Positions 44,945 to 56,551 of a stretch of 64,000 nucleotides of DNA are shown here, piece by piece. The DNA lies in assembly GCA_963810305.1 (NCBI GenBank), contig CAWEMY010000017.1:350219-414218 (forward strand), given 5' to 3'. Source of the stretch: an uncultured Acidobacteriota bacterium. Lineage in GTDB: Bacteria > Acidobacteriota > Vicinamibacteria > Vicinamibacterales > 2-12-FULL-66-21. The notes under the pieces were generated by a model. It worked only from the letters and a program-made list of their open reading frames with translations. It was not told the origin of the DNA and searched no databases. The position numbers and the translations under genes were made by a program. The stretch's first letter is position 1; every line of letters begins with the position of its first letter.

Positions 44945-47900
44945 TTACTCGGACGTCGCGTTCGCGACCCCCTGCAGTGTAAATCCACCGACGACCGTGC
45001 CATCGTCTGCCCGCTGAATGATCGAGCCGTATCGCTTGCGCGGCTGCGGATCAATGAGCATGACGATCGGCTCGACGCCATTTGCTTTCAGGCGAATGTT
45101 TTCGAGCCACGCGCCGGCTTGCGGCCGGTAGGCGCGCGTCGTGTCGAGTTGACGTTTCAGCCGCCGGTCGGCGGCAGTGAGCTTCGCGAGTTCATCCTTG
45201 TCTTCGATGCGAAGCCGCACTGACTTCAGCCGCGCCTTTTTCGCCAGGGCCGACAGCCGCTTGCTGAGCACGATGCCACGGATCATGGAGGCGGACGCGC
45301 GATCCAGCTCCAATGCCCAGCTTTTCACGCCCGGCGTGGCGCCGACATCGAGCGGCACCGAGCGCACCAGCGGTCCGGCCGCCGGCTGCGGATTGACGAT
45401 CGACATGTTCTTCAGCCCACATTTCTTGCTGCCCGTCACCAGCGATCCGATGTTCAGCTCGGTGCTGGAAATCGAGTCGTTGTCAGCCGTGATCACCGCG
45501 AGCAGGCTGACGTTTGCGGGCGCCGTGCCTGGCACGGTCCAGTCGAACGGAATGATTCGCGCGCTGCCCGGTTCGATACGCGCCACGACCTTGTGGGCGC
45601 CGATCTGCTGCCAGGAGGAAGTGCCGGGCACGACGTTGTTCGGGAAGCCGCTCCAGAATCCTGTCGGCAAATCGGGAAGTGTCACCGCCGAGGCCGCGAA
45701 GAAGACCTTCACGGCAACGTTCACGGCGGCGTGAATTCCACGGTTGTGGACCTGCACAAAAACACGGACGGTGCGGTTCCGTTGAGCGTTCTCGTGCGTC
45801 AATCCGGCGGCGAAGACTCCGTGATCGTCTTCGAAAAACTCGAAGTCGACGTCCGCCGCGACCGGCTTCTGGAACGTGGGAGCATCGACCTTGATGTCCT
45901 GGCACTGCCACCAGAACGTCTGCGAGCCGAACGTGAACGGGTCCGGAACGCCGGATGGGGATGGTGACATGCGGCCCGAATCCACCGTGCTGTCCCGCAG
46001 GTAGACGTCCACCGCCGGCATCGTTGCCTGGTCGACGTGGGTCTCCCAGACCCCGCGGCTTTGTGTGGCCGCGCGCAGCAGCCGTGAAGGCGCGTGGAAG
46101 AGCAAGTCCTTCACTAGCGCGTTCGGAAGTCCGTTGCTGAATGCCGTCCACACCAGGCCGGCGTTTGGCGAGCGAAACACCCCGACGTCGGCGGCCACGA
46201 ACACGGTATCGGTGTCCGCGGGATCGAGCTCGATCGCATTGAGGGCGATGCTCGGCAGGCCCGCGCCGACATCCTGCCAGCTCGCGCCGGCGTTGTCCGA
46301 ACGGAAGACGCGGCCGCCCATGACGCCGGCAGCGACGCTGGAGTAGGTGACCCAGAGTCGATTTGGATTGCTCGGGTCCGCGAGCAGGTCGCTCACGTAT
46401 CCCGAGGCCGGACGTCCGACCAGGCTCGGAGCCGACCATGAACCGCCGGCGAGGCTGATCCGGTAGATTCGACCGTTCTCGGTGCCGACGTAGATGCGGC
46501 TGCTCGTCGCCACCGACAGCGCCGAGGCGAAGCCTGCGGCGGCGGGCAGGGAGACGGTCGTCCAGTTTGTTCCGGAGTCGCTGGAGATGTAGACGGTCTT
46601 TCCCGCCTGGACGACCACGGCGCCGTTGACATCCAGCGGAGGATAGAACAGCGCGCCGTTGGGATAGTTGTCCGCCGGCGGCACGTCGGGGCCGATCCAG
46701 GTCCAGGTCCCCCACGCTCCGCCGCGCGTGGACCGCTCCATCCCCATGCCGTAGAAGGTGTGGTAACACGTGTATGGGGATGAGGCGTTCGCACCGCAAT
46801 CACCGCCGTCGCCGTCCTCGACGTGAAACCACACTTCCTCACCCTCGTACCGCAGCGTGCCGTTATCCTGCGTGCCTCCGAGGAGCCAGGTCTCGAACTG
46901 CGGGTGCTGCGCGAGGAATTCGAACTCGGTGATGTTGAGCCCTTTGTTCAGCGACTGCCACGTCACGCCGGCATCGGCCGATCGGTAAACGCCGCCATCA
47001 TTGCCGACGATCAGCGCATTCGGATCAATCGGGCTGAACGCGATCGCGTGCTGGTCCGGGTGGATCGAATCGCCGGAGCCTTTGGCGCCGATGTTCGTCC
47101 ACGTCCATGTTCCGCCGGCTGATCGCACGCCGCGATGGACGTTGATGCCGCCGAGGTACAGCACATCGGGATTGTTCGGCGCGACCGCGGCGAACCAGTC
47201 GTACCAAGCCTGGCCTGTCTGCGCGTCCGGCGGCGTCGCCTGCGCGGTAAAGCCTCCGCCGAGAACGCTGCGGCGCCACAGGTACGGCGTCGGCATGTGC
47301 ACCGGGTCACCCGGACTCGAGTCGACAGGATCCAGAATCTGCGGATTACCGGCGCCCCAGACGTAGACCACATGACCGTCGGATGGAGCGTGGCGCACTT
47401 CGAGTCGCTGGAGACCGGACGGCATGCCGGGGAGCGACACGTGGCTCCACGACGTGCCGCCGTTGGTCGAGCGGAACAGCCCATCGCGGCACGCCGCAAA
47501 CACCTCTGTTGTCGAATTCGCATCGCCGCTGACCACAGGATGCATCGAGATGTCCCACGTGATCTGTGCTCGGCGTTGGGTCCAGAGAAGACCGCCGTCC
47601 TTGGATTCGAAGAGCCCGACTGTGGTTGCCGCCAGGAGGTGATTGCCATTCAGCGGATCGACGATCAGCTCATAGAACCCGATCCCTTCGAATGGAGCAG
47701 TCGCATGGAGCGTCCACGTGGTTCCGCCGTCGGTTGAACGCAGAAGGCCCACGCCGAGCAGTGACTGAGAATCCCCTTCTCCGGTCCCGGCGTACGCGAT
47801 CAGTGGATTGGTGGGATCGAAGACGACCGCACCGATCGACAGCGACGGCTGATCGTCGGTTCTCGGCTGCCACGTTTTTCCAGTGTCTTTGCTTTCCCAA

Positions 47901-48404
47901 ACGCCGCCTCCGGCGGCGCCGATCAGTACGTGGTCCGCATTACCCGGGTCGATCGCGACAGCAACGACGCGTCCGGCAACCGGAGGCCTGCTGCCTGCAC
48001 CGTGGCCGTAGGTCTGGCCGTGCGGGATGCTGAAAGGGCCCAGCGGTCGCCATGCCTGTTCGACCGGTGCAGCAGGCGCTGTCCTGGCGAGGTGCGATTT
48101 TTCCGCGAACGCAGTCAGGTACGGCGACTCGGCGCCACCCCGAGTGCCGCGCCTGCCCACTGATCGCGTCGAACCAGCCGGGACCACTGCCACCGCGGGA
48201 GTGGCCTTGTGAGCGACATCAGACTCGCCGGTCTGGCGCTGGCGCTCGAAGAAGTTGAGTCTCGCCAGCGCTTTGCCACCGCGGACACGCGGCAGTCGTC
48301 GCCGTGGCTTTTTGGCGCGGCGCGTCAGCTCGTCGGGTTCCAGCTTTCTTGACCCGCCGTCGTGGCGTCGGCGTTTCGGATTTGCGTTGAAACGGTTCTT
48401 TCAT
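44945..48404 (-). CDS. Large BNR/Asp-box beta-propeller (VPS10/GH74-like) protein with C-terminal beta-sandwich domains
   Basis: WRPLGP..AGRV, many SxDxGxTW boxes, HPDQH, GGTQDNG, GDGG, ATQSRG; frame open to 48400, and ATG 48404 fits if one A is removed. Confidence 0.8.
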
Positions 48405-48416
48405 GGCCTCTGCTCG

Positions 48417-48638
48417 TCAGCATTTGTCCTTCGCCGATGGTGCACCAGAATCGGAGCTACCGCCCCCGCGCTTGACGCCCCGCTGCTTTTCAAACTGCTG
48501 CTGCCGCGCGCGCGCGCCTCCGCCTTCGGTCTTGGCCGGGAGTGTCCGTCCTTTCTTTTCGATTTGTCTGCGTTTGGATGCGGCAGTTTCATGGCCCACC
48601 TCCGTAGAACTGCCGGCAGTTTCATGGCGCACCTCCAT
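48417..48638 (-). CDS. Small basic protein upstream of the BNR protein (start uncertain)
   Basis: Ends 12 nt before the next ATG; contains LPAKTEGGGARARQQQFEKQRG; duplicated GGAGGT-N5-ATGAAACTGCCG in its 5' region. Confidence 0.55.
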   Translation of the reverse strand: MEVRHETAGSSTEVGHETAASKRRQIEKKGRTLPAKTEGGGARARQQQFEKQRGVKRGGGSSDSGAPSAKDKC

Positions 48639-48734
48639 GGAGCTCAGCGCGGGTCGGGACCGACATCATACTCGTCTGTCGCGGCATCCCGCCTCGTACC
48701 GACTTCAGGGGACGTATAATTCCGCTCTCTCCGC

Positions 48735-51400
48735 ATGGTCGTCCAGGCCGGCTCGCGCATCGGGGCGTACGAGATCGTCGCTGCTCTCGGCCGGGGCGGC
48801 ATGGGCGAGGTTTATCGCGCGCGCGATACCAAACTGCGGCGCGAAGTCGCGATCAAGATCCTCCCGCACAACTTCGCCCACGATCCGGACCGAGTCGCCA
48901 GGTTCCAGCGCGAAGCGCAGGTCCTCGCGTCGCTGAATCATCCGAACATCGCCCAGATCTACGGGCTGGACGACAGCGCGGGGCTGCACGCGCTCGTCCT
49001 CGAGTTGGTGGAGGGGCCGACGCTGGAGGACCGCATCGCGCGCGGACCGCTCAACTGGACCGACGCGCTGCCGATCGCGCGGCAGATTGCCGAGGCGCTG
49101 GAAGCAGCGCACGAGCACGGCATCATCCACCGCGATCTGAAGCCCGCGAACGTGAAGGTCACGCCGGAAGGCCGTGTGAAGGTGCTCGACTTCGGACTCG
49201 CGAAACTGGCCGCGCCGGCCGACGCGCAAGGCGCAGTCGATGATCTGTTGAGCTCGCCGACGATGACGGGGTCGGCAACCGAGGCCGGCATGATCCTCGG
49301 GACCGCCAGCTACATGGCGCCGGAGCAGGCAAGCGGCAAGACCGTCGACAAGCGCGCCGATATCTGGGCGTTCGGCGTCCTGCTCTACGAGATGTTGACC
49401 GGCCGGCGACCGTTCCCTGGTTCTTCCACGACCGAGGTGCTGGCCGGCGTCATCAAGGACGCGCCGGACTGGACGGCGCTTCCAGACGATGCGCCTGTGG
49501 CGCTGCGGCGCCTGGTGGCGCGATGCCTCGCGAAGAATCCGACGCAGCGATTGCGCGACATCGGGGACGTGCGCCTCGAACTGGATCAAGTCAGTGCGGG
49601 TGGCGACGTTCCGGTTGCGCAGCCGCGCGGGCGCACACTGCCACTGTGGGTGATGTTGTCCGCGCTGCTTGCGGCCGCCCTTGCCGGCGCTCTTATCAGT
49701 GTGGCCATTCGCAAGGCACCGCTCATGGCGAGCGGTACTTCGCGCCGCGCTACCATCGCGACGACCAATCTAGGCGACGTGCGGGGGACCACGTTTCCTG
49801 TGGCGGTGTCAGCGGACGGGTCGCTGCTCGTGTACGCGACCGATACCGCCACGGGGGCATCGCTGCATGCGCGACGGCTCTTCTCTCTCGAGGCGCAACC
49901 GATCGAGGGAACGATCGGTGCTGTCGGCCCCTTCCTTTCGCGCGATGGGCGCGTGGTTGGCTTTCAGCGCGAAGGACAGATCTTCAGCGTTCCGGTGGCA
50001 GGCGGCCCCGTCGTCCACGCTCATGGGTCCGCGCACCTGGCGGAAGGGCTTCCGGCGTGGATGCCGGATGGTCGAATCGTCTACACCGGCCCGAAGGGCG
50101 GGCTGGTATCGATGAATGCCGACGGCTCGTCGCCTGAAACGCTGACGACGCCAGAGAGCGGCGAACGGCACTTGTCGCCGCACCCGCTGCCCGACGGGCG
50201 GACCGTTCTCTTCACAGCCGTGGGCGGTGACGCCAGCCATGCGCGAATCGAGGCGCTTTCGCTCGCGGACCGGCGCGTGTCGACACTCATTACCGGCGGC
50301 GCGGTCACCGCGCAGTACGCGGATGGCCACCTCGTGTACGGCGTGCCGGATCGACAGCTGGTCGCAGTGCCCTTCGACCCGGTGGGCGTCGCGCTCGCCG
50401 GCACGCCGCAGGCGACTGCCCGACCGGGCGAGCCGCAGCCGGTTTGGCGTCGCCCACTTCGCGGTGGCGCAGGGCGTGATGGTCTATTTGCCGCTGCCCG
50501 CCACCCACCTCGTGGAGATCGATCGATCCGGCCGCCGCGAGACGCTCGATCCGGTGCCGCGTCTCTGGCATCACCCGCGGTATTCGCCGGACGGATCGCA
50601 GATCGTCCTGGACGTGACCGATGCCGCCGGGGAGCGTGACGTCTGGACGTTCGATCGCTCGCTCAAAACGCTGTCGCGGGTGACTCACATCGGCGATGCG
50701 CACGATCCCTCGTGGCTGCCTGACGGCCGGTCCGTCTCGTTCCTGAGCTTCAAGTCGCGCGGCGGCCCGCTGATGATTGCTCCGGCCGACGGCGCAACGA
50801 ACCCCGAGCCGCTGCCGCTCGGCTCCGAATTCACCGCCGGCGGATCTCATCAATCCTGGCGGGTGGCTTCCCGACGGCTCGGCGTATCTCGGCGGCGTTG
50901 CCGATCGTGGAGGCCCGAGCGATCTCTGGCGCATCCCGCGCGCCGGAGGTCGTCCGGTGAAGATTGTCGGCACGCCGGCAGAGGAAGCCGCGCCGATGGG
51001 CAGCGCTGATGGCAAGTTGGTGGCGTACCAGAGCAACGAGACCGGACGGGTCGAGATTTATGTTCGTGGACTCGAGGGCCTCGGTGGCCGCGTGCAGGTG
51101 TCGAATCTGGGCGGCAGCGAACCGCTTTGGGACCGGAAAAGCAATCTCTTGCACTACATGGAGTTTGACGGCGATCGCCTGCGCCTGATCGCTGCCGCGT
51201 TACGCACGACGCCGACGCTTGGAGTGCTCGGCCGGACGGTGGTGTTTTCGGACTGGCGACCTGAACGATCGGAGAACCACGCGAACTTCGACATTCATCC
51301 TGACGGCAGCCGCTTCGTCATCCCCGAAGCCGGTGCACGAGGAAACCTCGTCGCAGTGTTCGACTGGTCGAAATCGCTATCGGGGAGCAGGGCAAGGTAG
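48735..51400 (+). CDS. Ser/Thr kinase with TM and TolB-like (PD40) beta-propeller (frameshifted)
   Basis: [37 protein letters not shown] repeats; upstream TATAAT. Confidence 0.92.
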
Positions 51401-51474
51401 CCGAGGCCGCGCGCATCGTTCGCGGGCCCCTGTGACTCTCGAAAGCAGCGCGCTGATGTCGCGCTGCGCGCCTG

Positions 51475-52014
51475 CTACCTCCCGCTCGCCATCTCGAGCA
51501 GCGTCGTTACCGTGCGCCAGTTACGCGCCGTCGCATCGACTCCCAGGAGCCGCTCGGCTCGCGCGGCCAGCTTTGAAGTGCCGAAGCCGTCAGGAGTGTG
51601 CAGGTAGAAGATCCGTCCTTTCAACGCAAAGCGCTCGGTCTCTGTTTTCAACGCTTCGAGCGCCTTCACGTCCGCCTTCGGCGGAGGCTCGGCGAGAAAA
51701 AACAAGTGCACGCTCTTGGGATTGGCGTCAGCCTCGGGAAAAGGATTGCCCGCGGCGGCGCGTTCGAGCTCATCGCGCGTGAGCAGAAGGACACGCGGCG
51801 GGAAGCCATGACTCTTCGACACCGCCGCCGTCAGTTGCTTCGCCAGCCGCGCCGCGTCAGACACCTTGCTGCGCAGGATCACGTTGCCGCTCTGAATGTA
51901 GGTCTGAACATCGGTGCAGCCATTCTTCTCGAGCACCACCTTGAGTTCCTTCATCGGCAGAAGGTGGTTGCCGCCGACGTTGATACCGCGAAAAAGAGCG
52001 ATGTAGCTATTCAT
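51475..52014 (-). CDS. DUF1697 family protein
   Basis: YIALFRGINVGG, VQTYIQSGNV, NPFP, TARNWRT. Confidence 0.92.
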   Translation of the reverse strand: MNSYIALFRGINVGGNHLLPMKELKVVLEKNGCTDVQTYIQSGNVILRSKVSDAARLAKQLTAAVSKSHGFPPRVLLLTRDELERAAAGNPFPEADANPKSVHLFFLAEPPPKADVKALEALKTETERFALKGRIFYLHTPDGFGTSKLAARAERLLGVDATARNWRTVTTLLEMASGR

Positions 52015-52990
52015 CAGCGGTGTGTCCGGAGGATCTGTTCCCCGATCTGGCGATGAATGCTCTGGAGCTGGGGATAGAACCGCGTGCCGCCCGGCGGGCC
52101 GTAGCTGAACATCAGAATCGCAGTGACTCGCGGATCATCGTGCGCGTGCAGGTAGACCGGCAGCTGCAGGGTCGCGAGCGTGTCGGGATTCGTCCAGCTG
52201 CCGTTTCGATCGTACGCCATCATGATCAGCACGATCTGCTTGTCGGACGGAATCCGGCGCTTCGCCTGCTCCAGAAAGCGGTTCAGATCGGTGACGCTGC
52301 CGGGCAGGCTCGCGAGTGGATGATCCACCGGTACCCAGCCGCTGCAGTCGGTAGTCGGCACGAATGCGGGTCCGGGCGATGGCGCCGCCGGGCGTGCTGA
52401 GCACGTTGTCGCATCGTTTACGGCAGGCGGATCGACGTACGCTTCAATCGCCACCCACCTGACGCTCGGCGCACGCATGCCGTCGCCGGTGAGCGACTGA
52501 CCGCGGGTGTAGGTGAGGCCGAACGGCTTCGGCGGCAGACCTCGCGCGTCGAGCGCCTGCGTCAATGAACGGATCCTCTCGTCCACGGCCTGCGGAGTGA
52601 GATCTTCCTCATGCGCCGCTTCGATCAACACAACGTTGTCCCAGTAAGGCTTCGCGATGGCGAGGACGGCGTCGATCGTGACCGGGACCCGGCGGCGAAG
52701 ATCGTCTCCCAGGATGAGCATCACTGCCTTGTCGTTGTCAAAGGCGCGCTGCATCGAGCTTTGGAACAGGGGCCGCCAGTCGAGCGAGGTGTCGTATCCG
52801 CCGGGAATCGCAATATAGAGATTCGTATAGGACCAGACCGCATCGGTGAAATCACCCCAGCGGCCGTCCGCGTAGTAATAGCCGAAGTAGAGCGGGTGGC
52901 CGGGGTCGTGGGTTTTCGGTGGCTGCCGCCGCCTGCAGACCCAGCACAACCGCTGCTGCTATCGTTGTCCAGAACGCCGAGGGCTTTTTT
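52014..52990 (-). CDS. Exported hypothetical protein, possibly TIM-barrel (frameshift after signal peptide)
   Basis: Signal-like KKPSAFWTTIAAAVVLGLQAAAA in one frame, then LYFGYYY...AAHEE...AIEAY...MAYDRNG; stop overlaps DUF1697 start. Confidence 0.6.
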
Positions 52991-53895
52991 CCGCCAATAT
53001 CGAGCTCTCCCGTCCGCTCTTGTCGCAAGAATGGGGCCGGCCCGCCTTTTCCCGGCCGCGCCCCGCGCGGCGCGACGAACCGGAACGCGTCATCGCCGAA
53101 GGTCGGCTGGGTGGTGTGCAGGTCGTACACGCCGCGCATCTCGACCGTGAAGTCGCGGCCGTTCTCCGGATGCTTCCCGCGCGCGCTCGTCGCAAGTCCG
53201 CGCAGCAGGTGCGACGCCGCGTCGAGATAGTAGCGCTGCTCGATCGCGAACGGCAGCGCCCCGCCCTGCGTTGTGAGACGAAGGACGTTGACCTGCGCAT
53301 CCCCCAGCTTCTCCGGACCCGTCAGCGTCAGCCCAGCGCCCTGCGCGGCGAGAGACTTTGTCGGCGATGGCGCCCGCGCGTCAGCCAGCAGGTCCCACTC
53401 GGCGATGCTCTCTTCTTCCCAGGTGTTGTCGATCGCGAAACCGATGACGGTGTCCGGGAGCAATCCCGCGATACCCGACAGAGCGTAGCCGGCGCCGTGC
53501 TTCTGGATGAACGAGTTGGTTGCACTTCTCCAGTAGGTGAGCGTGGTCCCGTCGGAAACGACCATATAGCTCGATTGCTTGCCGTCGCGTTTCGAGGCTG
53601 CCGAGAGGTAGAACTTGTTCGGCCGCTCCATCCGCAACTCGAGCGAGTCGGGTCCGGGCAGAGGAAAATCATCGGCCGACATGCCGCCGCTGTACCTGGC
53701 CGACCACCGCACTTTGATGTGCAGCGCCGGGAGCGTCTTGTAGGCGGCCTCCATCCGGGCGAGCGCAGTCTCGGCGGCTGCGTTCGTGGCTGGCTGCTGC
53801 GCGTGCAGCAATACCACAGTACCCATCGACGCCGCGACGATCGCGCAACAGGCGACCGCCGCCAGGGATCGGCGCGTCCAGCAATGCAGCATCAT
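52852..53895 (-). CDS. LolA-like/DUF2092 periplasmic protein
   Basis: GAGGAGG RBS, signal peptide, LARMEAAYK, MERPNKF, VSDGTTL, FRFVAP; last ~45 codons probably belong to the next gene. Confidence 0.7.
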   Translation of the reverse strand: MMLHCWTRRSLAAVACCAIVAASMGTVVLLHAQQPATNAAAETALARMEAAYKTLPALHIKVRWSARYSGGMSADDFPLPGPDSLELRMERPNKFYLSAASKRDGKQSSYMVVSDGTTLTYWRSATNSFIQKHGAGYALSGIAGLLPDTVIGFAIDNTWEEESIAEWDLLADARAPSPTKSLAAQGAGLTLTGPEKLGDAQVNVLRLTTQGGALPFAIEQRYYLDAASHLLRGLATSARGKHPENGRDFTVEMRGVYDLHTTQPTFGDDAFRFVAPRGARPGKGGPAPFLRQERTGELDIGGKKPSAFWTTIAAAVVLGLQAAAATENPRPRPPALLRLLLRGRPLG

Positions 53896-54009
53896 CGGCC
53901 GCCTCCTCGGGAGCCAGGGCGATAGTGGACCCATTCCGGCGAAAAGTCGTGAGCGAAGGCTGAAGAACACTGAAATCGCGCCAGTGTACCGTTCAGCTTC
54001 AGACTTCGG

Positions 54010-54399
54010 TTATGTGCCGACCCGATAGAAGTCGCGTACAGTGGGCGGCAAGCCGCTCAACGGCTTCCAGGGGTGTTCAAGAAGAGCGGCTTTGTCGCCG
54101 CGCACCACCGCCTGCCAGATGCGAACCAACTGCGCATCCGGGATGTCTCGCAGGTGCATGTTTTCGGGCAAGTCGGATTGCTCACCTTCAAGCAGATCCA
54201 TGTTGTCGAACGTAATCAGACCGCTGACCTGTGCGGTGACCGACCAATGCTCGTTGCCCACCGCAACCTGCGTGTGCTCGTCGTCTGGTTCGTCAAACTG
54301 CTCGCTTCGCAATTCGGCGATGAGCTTCCGGGTGATCCACGGATCGTCCGGATCGCTGACCTGCTGCGAGTACCCGTATCGCGTCTTGATCCTTGCCAT
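54010..54399 (-). CDS. Small acidic hypothetical protein (immunity-protein-like)
   Basis: 129 aa, DDEHTQVAV..HWSVTAQVSGLITFDN..HLRDI..IWQAVVRG..PW; lower GC than neighbours. Confidence 0.65.
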   Translation of the reverse strand: MARIKTRYGYSQQVSDPDDPWITRKLIAELRSEQFDEPDDEHTQVAVGNEHWSVTAQVSGLITFDNMDLLEGEQSDLPENMHLRDIPDAQLVRIWQAVVRGDKAALLEHPWKPLSGLPPTVRDFYRVGT

Positions 54400-54534
54400 A
54401 GGAGCAACTGCCTTTCTGGAGCGAATCGTCGTGCTGGTCGTCTGCCGCGAAGCGGATTAGCAGTCGCCGGCCGACTTCGCCGGACGATGGTATCGTCGTC
54501 CCGGACTGTTTCGAGGCACGGTTCTCGCTGCGCA

Positions 54535-55712
54535 ATGAACATCCGACCAGGGATCGCTGCCGCCCTTCTGTCCGCCGCCGCGGCCATCACGCAGGCACAA
54601 GCGCCAGCACCTGTCGCCGGCGTCGTCTTCGAGGACGCGAATCGCAACGGGCAGCGCGATGCCGGCGAACGCGGTCTCAGCGGCGTTGCGGTGTCGAATC
54701 AGCGCGAGGTCGTCCGAGACCGCTGCGCGACGGCAGCTATTCGCTTCCGCGCCCAGCCTACGGGATCGTCTTCGTAAGCCTGCCCGATGGCTACGCGGCA
54801 GTCGGGAACTTCTGGCGCTCCGTGTCTCCATCGTCAAACAGCCCTGTCGACTTCGCACTGACGGCGCGCGCGTCTTCCGGGACGTTCACCTTCATCCACG
54901 CGTCCGACACGCACGTCAGCGCGCAAACGCTCGGTCGGCTGCAGCAGCTGCGGGCGATCGCTGAAAAACACCGTCCGGATTTCGTGCTGGTGACGGGGGA
55001 CCTTGTCCGCGACGCGCTTCGTGTCGGGGAGGAAGAAGCGCGCGGGTATTACGATCTCTACACACAGGAGGTGCCGCGCTTTCCGATGCCCGTCTGGAGC
55101 GTACCGGGCAACCACGAGATCTTTGGGATCGAACGGCATCTCTCGCTGGTCAGCCCCAAACATCCGCTCTACGGCAAAGGGATGTACCGTCAGCGCCTCG
55201 GCCCGAACTACTACTCCTTCACCCACGGCGGCGTGCATTTCGTGGGACTCGACTCAGTGGACGTCGCCGATCTCTGGTACTACGGGCATGTGGACGACGT
55301 CCAGCTCGCGTGGCTGAAGGCGGACCTGTCGCACGTGCCCGCTGACACGCCGGTCGTCACCTTCAATCACATTCCGTTTGCGACTGCGATCGATGGTGTG
55401 GGGGGTTATCAAGACGACGGGCCGGCACCCACGCTGATCAAAGTGGGCGGACGGACGGTGTTCAGGCATATCGTGTCGAACGTCAGCGACGTGCTCGCTG
55501 CGATCGGATCACGAGAATGGCCGCTGGCGCTCGGAGGCCATATGCACACCCGCGAGTCGATCAGCTTTGGATCCGCGGTGCGCACGCGGTTTCATCAGGC
55601 GGCGGCAGTTGTCGGTCCGACCGACAACGCGATCCCGGCGATTTCCGGCGTAACGCTGTATCGTGTGAAGAACCGCGTGATCGACGATGGTGAATTCATT
55701 CCGCTGCGATAA
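54535..55712 (+). CDS. Exported calcineurin-like metallophosphoesterase with N-terminal SdrD-B-like domain (frameshift ~54720)
   Basis: GVVFEDANRNGQRD, SDTH, TGD, PGNHE, FNHIP, GHMH. Confidence 0.9.
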
Positions 55713-55828
55713 ATGAGCCATCGGGAGTGGAATCGAATGCGGTGCCCGCGGGTTCTTTCTAAGGGGCGGCGCGGGCCGCCGTATTCGCATCAGGAAGGTT
55801 CGACATGATCTCGAAGCCCGGAGCGGAC

Positions 55829-56530
55829 GTGAAGATGAAGGTACTGCGACTAGTTGCCGTCTCTCTCGCCATTGGAGTGGTCGCGGTGGGTCTGGGTCGT
55901 GCCGCGCCTGACGACAAGGCGCGAGTCGTCGCTCCACCCGTGATGGACGAACAGGTTTCAAACAGTACACGGGCGGTTGCGGTCGTCGCGGGCGGCTGCT
56001 TCTGGGGTGTGCAGGGAGTGTTTCAGCACGTCAAAGGCGTGACCGGCGCGATCTCCGGCTATGCCGGCGGCCCGCAGGGCGGCGCCAAATACGATCTGGT
56101 GAGCGGCGGCGCCACCGGCCACGCGGAGTCGGTGCAGGTGACCTACGACCCGCGACAGATCACGTTCGGCCGGCTATTGCAGGTGTATTTCTCGGTTGCT
56201 CACGATCCCACCGAGCGCAATCGTCAAGGGCCGGATGTCGGGCCGCAGTACCGCTCGACGATCTTTCCACTCGACGACGAGCAGGCGCGCATCGCCAAGG
56301 CGTACATCGAGCAACTGAACGCGGCGCGCGCATTTTCGAAACCAATCGTCACCACGATCGAGTCCGGCAAGACGTTTTATCCGGCCGAGGACTATCACCA
56401 GGACTACCTGACGCGTCATCCACGCGAGCCTTACATCGCGATCAACGACCTGCCAAAGATCGATGACCTGAAGCGCCTGTTTCCCGAGTTGTATCGGGTG
56501 GACCCGGTGCTCGTCTCATCCCGACGCTAG
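55829..56530 (+). CDS. msrA: Exported peptide-methionine (S)-sulfoxide reductase, copy 1
   Basis: GGCFWG, SGYAGG, GHAESV, QGPDVGPQYRS, AEDYHQDY; GTG start conserved in both copies. Confidence 0.96.
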   Translation: MKMKVLRLVAVSLAIGVVAVGLGRAAPDDKARVVAPPVMDEQVSNSTRAVAVVAGGCFWGVQGVFQHVKGVTGAISGYAGGPQGGAKYDLVSGGATGHAESVQVTYDPRQITFGRLLQVYFSVAHDPTERNRQGPDVGPQYRSTIFPLDDEQARIAKAYIEQLNAARAFSKPIVTTIESGKTFYPAEDYHQDYLTRHPREPYIAINDLPKIDDLKRLFPELYRVDPVLVSSRR

Positions 56531-56551
56531 GATTCCACCTGGAGGCTGCCG

